43,531 bases of DNA, taken from the IMG/VR virus record IMGVR_UViG_3300045988_130695, positions 1-43,531 of that record. One strand, 5' to 3'. Of the stretch, positions 1 to 6,072 are shown in pieces; position 1 is the first letter of the stretch; each line of letters starts with the position of its first letter. A model generated the notes under the pieces. The model saw nothing but the letters and a program-made list of their open reading frames with translations. It was not told the origin of the DNA and did not search any database. A program made the position numbers and the translations under genes. This DNA is from a virus.

Positions 1-45
1 CCTCCGGAGCCGTGTGCGGTGGTTCGATTCCACTCGGGCGTACCA
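1..45 (+). tRNA. 3' portion of a tRNA gene (T-stem/loop GGTGG-TTCGATT-CCACT, acceptor 3' strand CGGGCGT, discriminator A, encoded CCA); also the attL core. Isotype not determinable; the 5' part lies outside the window
   Basis: Canonical GGTTCGATTCC T-arm followed by 7 nt, then A and CCA. The extra sequence before the T-stem is compatible with a long variable arm. An exact copy is at 43487..43531. Confidence 0.8.
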
Positions 46-55
46 GCAAAAAAGT

Positions 56-101
56 ACCGTCAAAGCCTAGTTTTCAAGGTCTTTGACGGTTTTTATTTTT
101 T
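56..101 (+). terminator. Rho-independent terminator supplied by the phage directly after the reconstituted tRNA 3' end
   Basis: ACCGTCAAAGCCT / AGGTCTTTGACGGT stem of about 13 bp with one bulge, followed by TTTTTATTTTTT. Confidence 0.8.
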
Positions 102-160
102 GTGAATCATATTCTTGATAGTGCCGTAAGAAGTCGTGAAATGGCATTAAAAAACACTAA

Positions 161-181
161 AGTGCGACCAAAACTGCGACC
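161..181 (+). repeat. 21-bp repeat AGTGCGACCAAAACTGCGACC (copy 1), candidate integrase arm-type site on the P' arm
   Basis: Exact second copy at 43416..43436. Internally it is two GCGACC units 12 nt apart. In the circular form the copies flank the att core. Confidence 0.4.
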
Positions 182-193
182 ACTTTTGACATA

Positions 194-649
194 TTAATGA
201 TGATGCTTCCCAGCTCTCCACAGATAAAAAACTTTACCTGCTCCAGCATCAGGATCGTTGATGTATGCCTTGGCAAATTTTACATATTGTGCAACATCTT
301 CTCCCCAGAGATTCGAATAATCGCTATGCAGCATATTCATTAAATAATACCAGTCGTACTTATTGGCATGTACACCGTTCTGATCCATAACACGGGTAGT
401 TTCTTCTACTGTCCAATGTTCTCCGGTAGTACCGTCAACATTTTTCATTTCCGAAACGGCCTTTTTAGCAAGGTGTTCATCAAAGTGCGGACCATAAGCT
501 ATACAATGAATTTTCATCATTATAGCTTCGTAATCTTCCTCGTCGATGACTTTGATTTTTTCTAATGCACAGCAAACAATATCATCAACCTGTTCTTCTT
601 TTAATTTGTCACCGTCAATATGCTCTGCATAATGATCGTACTTATGCAT
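194..649 (-). CDS. Hypothetical cargo protein (151 aa, ends ..AGKHHH)
   Basis: ORF track 194..709. ATG 649 is preceded by GGACGGTGA. The longer start would overlap the 46-aa ORF upstream. Confidence 0.6.
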   Translation of the reverse strand: MHKYDHYAEHIDGDKLKEEQVDDIVCCALEKIKVIDEEDYEAIMMKIHCIAYGPHFDEHLAKKAVSEMKNVDGTTGEHWTVEETTRVMDQNGVHANKYDWYYLMNMLHSDYSNLWGEDVAQYVKFAKAYINDPDAGAGKVFYLWRAGKHHH

Positions 650-782
650 TATCTTCACCGTCCTTCTTTTTAGGTTTTTCCGAAAGATTTTCAAGCACTT
701 TCTTTGCAACCTTTTTAGCTATTTCCTGACCTTCTCTACTTGAAAGAAATGCTATTGTAAAGCCAATCAATAAATTGCCCAT
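642..782 (-). CDS. Small protein (46 aa), YtxH-like N-terminal hydrophobic segment plus Lys-rich tail
   Basis: Not in the ORF track (too short). ATG 782 has GAGG 8 nt upstream. Product: MGNLLIGFTIAFLSSREGQEIAKKVAKKVLENLSEKPKKKDGEDNA. Its stop overlaps the next start (ATGCATAA). Confidence 0.4.
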   Translation of the reverse strand: MGNLLIGFTIAFLSSREGQEIAKKVAKKVLENLSEKPKKKDGEDNA

Positions 783-792
783 TGCCAACGCC

Positions 793-1191
793 TCATTTCT
801 TTAAAGTAACAGACGATGGAGTAACTGTAGGCGGTGTAATTTGTGGCCATACAAAAGCTGTGCAGCAAAGATTATTACTGCGAACCACTGCTAAAGGCGG
901 TTCTGTCATCACACGAAAATTATAAATTTTTCTGCTGCGGATTTGATCTGCTCTTACTCCGTCACCGCAACGGTTAATCATTTGAATTACTGTACCGCCT
1001 GTACCATTTAAAATAACTACCGGCAGTGTATCAGCACCTGCAGGGATTGCCTGGGCAATTAACAAACAAATCTTTTCATTATTATTTATTGTCATCGCCG
1101 GAATTGTAATTTGCAATTCATTAGCAGCAACTGCCACCTCAGTACTGGCAACTAAATTAGGACATACTTTACATCCATTATTTCCACACAT
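793..1191 (-). CDS. Hypothetical Cys-rich cargo protein (132 aa; N-terminal CGNNGCKVC)
   Basis: ORF with AGGAG 9 nt upstream of the ATG. It sits downstream of its own terminator-bounded unit. No family recognised. Confidence 0.6.
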   Translation of the reverse strand: MCGNNGCKVCPNLVASTEVAVAANELQITIPAMTINNNEKICLLIAQAIPAGADTLPVVILNGTGGTVIQMINRCGDGVRADQIRSRKIYNFRVMTEPPLAVVRSNNLCCTAFVWPQITPPTVTPSSVTLKK

Positions 1192-1206
1192 ATTATCATC
1201 TCCTAT

Positions 1207-1234
1207 AAAAAAATAGGGCGGATTTCTCCGCCCT
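1207..1234 (-). terminator. Rho-independent terminator after the 1274..1780 gene
   Basis: On the - strand: AGGGCGGA-GAAA-TCCGCCCT, a perfect 8-bp stem, followed by TATTTTTTT. Confidence 0.75.
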
Positions 1235-1273
1235 GTATCACGTCTTACGACGGAGCCTTACTTTTAAACCCCT

Positions 1274-1780
1274 TTAAACCATGTTGCAACCGCCGTTCAG
1301 GCTATTAATGCCCAAACCATTGATAATGCCGGCATTCGGGCAAACTGCGCCAATACCAGTAACCTCAGGTTTCGGAAGCATACGGCAAGAGATAGAAGCC
1401 AGTTGAGCTTCTACAGCGTTGAATTTAGCATCACTGTATACGCGGTTTTCCAGAACGACATTTTTCGTACGTTCCTGAGCAAGTTGATCACGCAGGTTTT
1501 GATACTCATAAAAGTCAATCTTCGTACCGAGTGCAGAGAAGCCAGCCATAGTTTGCTCTTGGGTTTGACGAGCAGTATTCTCAATCAAATATTGAGTACG
1601 CGCGCTGTCGATGATTCCCTGTTTTTCTACCTGGCAATTAGATACAGCATTGCAACCATATGCAGGAGCAGCACCGTTATTGTTCCAACCACCACGATTG
1701 CCTAAAAAAGCAGCAAACAGGATAATCAAGAAGATAGCAATCCCCCAAGTGTTAAAACCGCCATAATATTTTTCGTCCAT
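1274..1780 (-). CDS. Membrane-anchored hypothetical protein (N-terminal TM, Gly/Asn-rich linker, Cys-containing C-terminus)
   Basis: ORF track 1274..1786 begins with TTG. ATG 1780 lies 10 nt after AAAGGAG. TM segment: WGIAIFLIILFAAFL. Confidence 0.6.
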   Translation of the reverse strand: MDEKYYGGFNTWGIAIFLIILFAAFLGNRGGWNNNGAAPAYGCNAVSNCQVEKQGIIDSARTQYLIENTARQTQEQTMAGFSALGTKIDFYEYQNLRDQLAQERTKNVVLENRVYSDAKFNAVEAQLASISCRMLPKPEVTGIGAVCPNAGIINGLGINSLNGGCNMV

Positions 1781-1818
1781 CTGCAAACAACTCCTTTCTT
1801 GATATTTTATTTATCACA

Positions 1819-2184
1819 TCAGCGTTTAAGCTGTTGTAACCCTGCACGTAACCTTGATAAATTATCATTTGGCTGTTGCCCTTGATTAATATCAGGCTGA
1901 ACAGTTCCGCCGGTTCCCTGTAAATCACCGACTATATTTTTTACTTTGTTAAGATCTACACCAGCAGCCTTAGCAATAAATCCAGCCATAGGATTATTTA
2001 AATATCCATTGACCTTAGTAACAATGTCTGAACTAACACCATTCTTAGCCAAAGCGTTTAGCGCATCACCCTTACTATTAACCTTGTTCGCTACATTCAT
2101 CGCCGTCGCCCATGCTTCCGCAAGGCGGTTCGTGTCCTGCTGGTTTAGTCTCAGCATTTGTGCTACAGCTTGTGGATTGATCAT
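1819..2184 (-). CDS. Hypothetical protein (121 aa from MINPQAVAQ..)
   Basis: ORF track 1819..2205. GAGGTG lies 7 nt before ATG 2184. The gene overlaps the 3' end of the upstream gene by about 107 nt. Confidence 0.55.
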   Translation of the reverse strand: MINPQAVAQMLRLNQQDTNRLAEAWATAMNVANKVNSKGDALNALAKNGVSSDIVTKVNGYLNNPMAGFIAKAAGVDLNKVKNIVGDLQGTGGTVQPDINQGQQPNDNLSRLRAGLQQLKR

Positions 2185-2500
2185 TTTTAAGCACCTCGAT
2201 TTCACGCTTCATATTCTGCATTTCTTTCAGCATATCTGCCATAAGTTCCGTTTGTTCCTGCATCTGCTGTTCTGGTGTTTTAGGTTGGGTAATTACTTTA
2301 AGTTCAACAAGCTTGTTATAATATTCATTACTGATTTTTTCTAACTCATCATACGCATTTTGAGTAACTCCAATCTTCTGCCTGTTCCCATAAAAATCAA
2401 CCTGAATAATATTTGTTCCATCTACAATGCAAGTCATCGTTTGTGGATATGTAGTAAGTACAGAACTGCTTGTAATTCCTAAATTCATATTGCCACTCAT
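2078..2500 (-). CDS. Hypothetical protein (140 aa from MSGNMNLG..)
   Basis: ORF track 2078..2518. GGAGG lies 7 nt before the second ATG (2500). The last ~35 codons overlap the next gene and look low-complexity. Confidence 0.55.
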   Translation of the reverse strand: MSGNMNLGITSSSVLTTYPQTMTCIVDGTNIIQVDFYGNRQKIGVTQNAYDELEKISNEYYNKLVELKVITQPKTPEQQMQEQTELMADMLKEMQNMKREIEVLKNDQSTSCSTNAETKPAGHEPPCGSMGDGDECSEQG

Positions 2501-2618
2501 AGTCTTGCCTCCGTTCATTTATCTTAACTATATTATCCGTTAAATCAGCTCTTATAATCCGTCAACATTCCCTCATAATTCCCTAATATGGGCATAAAAA
2601 ATAAGGCAGCCACAACTA

Positions 2619-2861
2619 TTATGTGACTGCCTTTAATGCTCTCTTAACTGAATTATACGCCTGCTGCAGATCTCTTTCGACCGTTTGCACTGACGTATCT
2701 ATTTTCATTGCTATTTGATAGTTTTTAAGATCGTGAATAAATTTGAGTTCTATAATTTCTATTTGCCGCGGCGTTAGTTTGGCTTCTGAAATGATTGCTT
2801 CAAATTCCTTTCGTGTGGACTGCGAAAGCCAATCTCTTGCCTGCAAACGGCAAGTATCCAT
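2619..2861 (-). CDS. Small HTH regulator resembling sigma-70 region 4 (80 aa)
   Basis: LTPRQIEIIELKFIHDLKNYQIAMKIDTSVQTVERDLQQAYNSV is a typical region-4/LuxR-type HTH layout. AGGTGA SD. Confidence 0.55.
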   Translation of the reverse strand: MDTCRLQARDWLSQSTRKEFEAIISEAKLTPRQIEIIELKFIHDLKNYQIAMKIDTSVQTVERDLQQAYNSVKRALKAVT

Positions 2862-2865
2862 ATAA

Positions 2866-3327
2866 TCACCTGCTCGCTGCTATAGCTCCTACTAATACCC
2901 CTCCTGCAAATCCCCAAAAGGCCTTCTGTCTCTGCTTTAATTCACTTCTGGACTTTTCTTGTTTTATTTGAATGCTCAACGTCTGCAAGGATTTGTTTTG
3001 CTCTGCTATTGTTTTTTTGGAGTTCGACAATGATTCCTGCGCAAGCATTAGCTCGCTCCTTATCTTCTGATAAGATAAACGCTGCTCTTCGATTAGCTTC
3101 TTCAGCTCGTTCGAGTTCATCTGCTGCAGTTCCAACGTGTTCGATAGCCCTATCAACAGATTTTCCTGTCTGTTTATTATCGTCTGCAATTCGTTGAACT
3201 GTTCCCTGGACATCGTTATTGTTTCCGGAACTTCCTCCGCAAAACAATTTAAAGAAAATGATAAGCACAGCAATAAGGGCAAAACTAATAACAAGATACT
3301 TGCTATACCTGATTTGTTTTTCTTCAT
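2866..3327 (-). CDS. ORF A (153 aa): signal-peptide-like N-terminus, Leu-rich coiled coil, Gly-zipper C-terminal TM (GFAGGVLVGAIAA)
   Basis: ATG start. It shares 2942..3327 with ORF B in another frame. It uses ATA/AGG codons that are rare in the capsid gene. Its unique 3' tail (2866..2941) does look coding. Confidence 0.4.
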   Translation of the reverse strand: MKKNKSGIASILLLVLPLLLCLSFSLNCFAEEVPETITMSREQFNELQTIINRQENLLIGLSNTLELQQMNSNELKKLIEEQRLSYQKIRSELMLAQESLSNSKKTIAEQNKSLQTLSIQIKQEKSRSELKQRQKAFWGFAGGVLVGAIAASR

Positions 3328-3349
3328 TCACTTTCCGCCCTTCTTTCAA
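2942..3349 (-). CDS. ORF B (135 aa): N-terminal TM anchor (YLVISFALIAVLIIFF) plus helical charged ectodomain, i-spanin-like topology
   Basis: TTG or GVG-type start. First codon positions are G-rich and Ile codons are ATT/ATC, as in the capsid gene, so this frame looks like the primary coding frame across the overlap. Confidence 0.5.
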   Translation of the reverse strand: MKEGRKVNEEKQIRYSKYLVISFALIAVLIIFFKLFCGGSSGNNNDVQGTVQRIADDNKQTGKSVDRAIEHVGTAADELERAEEANRRAAFILSEDKERANACAGIIVELQKNNSRAKQILADVEHSNKTRKVQK

Positions 3350-3492
3350 GTTGATTTTTATTTCATTATCATTAAGATAGTTCTATTTTCAATATAATCA
3401 ACCTGTGCGCCGTTTTCTATACTCCCACTTATATTTCCTAGTGTTTTGGAGATAAAACAACGCACAGGCTAATTATGTGGCTGGGTTTTATC

Positions 3493-3573
3493 TTACAGAT
3501 TGTAATAAGTAATGCACCCTACCAAAATCGCAAGAGCAATACCAGCCCAAATCAAAATACGCTGTTTTTCCAT
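3493..3573 (-). CDS. 26-aa peptide MEKQRILIWAGIALAILVGCITYYNL with lipobox-like LVGC (tiny lipoprotein or single-TM peptide)
   Basis: Not in the ORF track. Strong AAGGAGGTGA SD 6 nt upstream of ATG 3573. It lies 24 nt downstream of the endolysin stop. Confidence 0.5.
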   Translation of the reverse strand: MEKQRILIWAGIALAILVGCITYYNL

Positions 3574-3597
3574 ATTAGTCACCTCCTTATGCAATCT

Positions 3598-4143
3598 TTA
3601 CCAATTATGATGCCACCAGATAGCCTTACCACGAATAACATCACCGCCTGGTTTCAGTTCTCCGTCGCCTGGCACATCTAGCAATTTCCACAAGTCCCAG
3701 CGTTCAAAAGTAGTTGCCGGGCCGTAGTCATCTAAGTCTGCTGCTTCTGCATGTGTCATTACGGTATCGGCATTAATCTCCAATCCAAGTTCCTCACACA
3801 GTACAGCTACAACTTTCGCCATACTATCTATCTGTAACTCTGTCGGTGGCACGTTGCCAAAGTCGATATGCCCATCAGCATGAGCTACAGCATCTACACA
3901 GCACGCTAAAGCAATCCCAATAGCTCTAGAATTGCGCCGCCATGTATGAGCCTTATATTCAGTTAAATCTTCTGTTGTCGCCATAACAGCGCCGTCGCTA
4001 TCAATGTTTAAGTGATAGTCACTAAAAAACTGGTGATAATAACCAGCTGACCAATGTAGATAGATCTTATCAATATTACCTCTAGCCCTTGCTGCTAACT
4101 GCCGCAGTTCATCTAAAGTGATTCTTTTTGTTACTGCCCCCAT
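3598..4143 (-). CDS. Endolysin, N-acetylmuramoyl-L-alanine amidase (Amidase_2/PGRP-type)
   Basis: Motifs read by eye: IYLHWSAGYYHQFFSDYHLNIDSDGAV .. AHTWRRNSRAIGIAL .. THAEAADLD. AGGAGG lies 9 nt before ATG 4143 (the track start 4197 overlaps the holin). Confidence 0.75.
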   Translation of the reverse strand: MGAVTKRITLDELRQLAARARGNIDKIYLHWSAGYYHQFFSDYHLNIDSDGAVMATTEDLTEYKAHTWRRNSRAIGIALACCVDAVAHADGHIDFGNVPPTELQIDSMAKVVAVLCEELGLEINADTVMTHAEAADLDDYGPATTFERWDLWKLLDVPGDGELKPGGDVIRGKAIWWHHNW

Positions 4144-4456
4144 TTTCATCTGCCTCCTGTTCAAATTTATCAGGGACACCGTCCCCGTCTTTATCAACTA
4201 AACTCGTAGCTATGAAAGTCACAAATGCAACCATAGCCGGTCCTATAACCTCTCTTATCAGTGCTAGAAGATCAGACATAACAATCTTATCCAACCACAA
4301 CCACATATACATCCACGCAGCGTAATAGGTCAGTATCAGTAAAACGACTGCAATAAAATAGCCTACAATGACAGCCATTATTTTTGGCGACATTGAGGCT
4401 ACTTTATTTCTGGCACTCACTATTAAGTTTTTTATTTTCTCAAACATAAATATCAC
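4109..4456 (-). CDS. Putative holin (115 aa, multiple TM segments, acidic/charged C-terminus)
   Basis: Position immediately upstream of the endolysin. Hydrophobic segments IMAVIVGYFIAVVLLILTYYAAWMYMWLWL and GPAMVAFVTFIATSL. ATGA overlap with the upstream gene. Confidence 0.6.
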   Translation of the reverse strand: MIFMFEKIKNLIVSARNKVASMSPKIMAVIVGYFIAVVLLILTYYAAWMYMWLWLDKIVMSDLLALIREVIGPAMVAFVTFIATSLVDKDGDGVPDKFEQEADENGGSNKKNHFR

Positions 4457-4752
4457 TTATCCTTACATGAACAGTTATTACATTTGTTTTCTACCAGTAA
4501 TAGCCGTTCGCCAACTTCATCAATCCTGTTATGTGCAGATTTTGCCCTCTGATCAATCTCAGCAAATTTTATTTTTAAATCTGTTGTACGTTCTTGCTCC
4601 CTATTAATAGTCTTAGCTAAAGCGTCAACAGTCTTTTGGAGGTTCTCTATTGCTGTAGACAAAGGATTTATTATCCAAATCTTAAATACAAAACCTACTA
4701 TGCCAAATAAAAAGCTAAAGATTGTTATTGAGGCCATTGCCATTTCAACCAT
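4453..4752 (-). CDS. Membrane-anchored coiled-coil protein with Cys-rich tail (CNNCSC); lysis-cassette accessory (antiholin or spanin-like candidate)
   Basis: N-terminal TM ITIFSFLFGIVGFVFKIWII, then heptad-like helical region. First gene of the lysis block. Confidence 0.55.
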   Translation of the reverse strand: MVEMAMASITIFSFLFGIVGFVFKIWIINPLSTAIENLQKTVDALAKTINREQERTTDLKIKFAEIDQRAKSAHNRIDEVGERLLLVENKCNNCSCKDK

Positions 4753-4763
4753 CTTTGCACCGC

Positions 4764-5357
4764 CTAATCTAATATAATAGCGTCCAAATCCTCTTTGCTT
4801 AACGCCGCCTCTACTTGTGCCTGTTTAATCCATCCTTGCTGCTTGCAAGCACCTATATGAGACGATAAATCAGCACACCAGGTATATACCTGAGCAGCGT
4901 TAAGATACTGTATTGTTTTTTCAGTTTCCCCTTCTTTATAGCCCCGGACTGGACATCCTAACGGATATTCGTTTGCAAAACGTTCTGTGCTGACATTCAG
5001 TGCAATTCCCTGCATCGTAAGCTGAGTATCTTTATCGCTATCATACCTCACAGGGTTACCGGTACATTGAGAAATAAAACCGCCAGTAATTTTATCTGCT
5101 GTCCATGCGTCAACAAGTTCAAGCTTTTGGGCTTTTAACTCTTCAAATGTATATTCTTCGTTAGGCGGTGGTGCTAAAACAAGCCCTACACCTTCTTTAA
5201 AACTAACTAAATAACCTACTTCGCAGTCTAAGCCTGTTACATCAATCCAATACGTTGATGGATCGAAAATAGTAGGTAACTGCTCCATTGTTAAATTAGT
5301 TTCATAAATATAAATTATCTTACCGTACAATGGCTGTGCGAATCTATTTTTTGCCAT
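4764..5357 (-). CDS. Tail-fibre-associated protein (DUF4376-like C-terminal region)
   Basis: Position after the fibre and Gly-rich genes. The segment KAQKLELVDAWTADKITGGF..YDSDKDTQLTMQG resembles DUF4376 phage proteins (from memory). Confidence 0.5.
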   Translation of the reverse strand: MAKNRFAQPLYGKIIYIYETNLTMEQLPTIFDPSTYWIDVTGLDCEVGYLVSFKEGVGLVLAPPPNEEYTFEELKAQKLELVDAWTADKITGGFISQCTGNPVRYDSDKDTQLTMQGIALNVSTERFANEYPLGCPVRGYKEGETEKTIQYLNAAQVYTWCADLSSHIGACKQQGWIKQAQVEAALSKEDLDAIILD

Positions 5358-6068
5358 TTAAATATCACCACCGTATTCTATAATTACCCAGCCGTTATTA
5401 CCAGTATTACCAGTACCTCCAGTCCCCCCAATAGAAGCACTATTACCACCAGCGCCTCCTGCTCCACCAGAACCATAACTAGTTCCAGTACTACCATTAC
5501 TGCCTGCCGAAGCACCACCACCACCACCACCGCCATTGGCCGTTATCCCTAATGCAGATGACGCATTACCATTAGCCCCTTGGCTTCCTTTGCCAAAAGA
5601 TCCGCTCCCGCCAGCACCTCCTGTACCTCCTGCTCCGACAATAACACTGTAAGGTGTAGAAGAGGTAACTGATTTCACGCCTACAATTAGGTTACCGCTC
5701 CCACCAGTACCTCCTGTACCATTATACGAACCGCCACCTCCACCGCCGCCTCCACCAGCAACAGTTGATTTAGCACTTGTAACTCCAGCAGCAAATGTAA
5801 TAGTATAAGTACCTGGAGTTCTATATTCAACCTTATTGTAGGGAGGCTTTCCACTGTTTAATATAGCGTATGAATCGCCACCACTACCTTTAACCCTACC
5901 GCTTGTCGCTCTGCTGTCTGCTATATCTCCAATAGCAACATAAGCAGGAACGCCGTCTATCTTAGCATTTACCCAATGTTCCCCAACTTCGGCAGTAGTA
6001 GAGTAGGCTTTCGCCGTTTGTTGCACGCCATCTTTTTTAAAATTTAATTTCTTTGCTAATTCTGCCAT
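5358..6068 (-). CDS. Glycine-rich virion/fibre protein (PGTYTITF .. GGGGGGGGG .. VGAGGTGG .. WVIIEY module)
   Basis: Runs of Gly with interspersed beta-like segments. Paralogous to an insert in the 933-aa tail protein. Confidence 0.7.
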   Translation of the reverse strand: MAELAKKLNFKKDGVQQTAKAYSTTAEVGEHWVNAKIDGVPAYVAIGDIADSRATSGRVKGSGGDSYAILNSGKPPYNKVEYRTPGTYTITFAAGVTSAKSTVAGGGGGGGGGSYNGTGGTGGSGNLIVGVKSVTSSTPYSVIVGAGGTGGAGGSGSFGKGSQGANGNASSALGITANGGGGGGGASAGSNGSTGTSYGSGGAGGAGGNSASIGGTGGTGNTGNNGWVIIEYGGDI

Positions 6069-6072
6069 AATA

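Noticed and set aside
1-45. attachment site being the tmRNA (ssrA) 3' end rather than a tRNA
   Set aside because: The acceptor 3' strand CGGGCGT-A-CCA implies a 5' end of (A/G)CGCCCG, not the GGGG start typical of tmRNA. The segment before the T-stem fits a long variable arm.
2078-2205. Programmed ribosomal frameshift joining 2078..2500 to 1819..2184
   Set aside because: The required shift is +1, and there is no recognisable slippery or stop-stimulated site at CTT AAA AAT GAT. The downstream gene has its own good SD (GAGGTG, 7 nt). It is kept only as a remark in the cargo-block finding.
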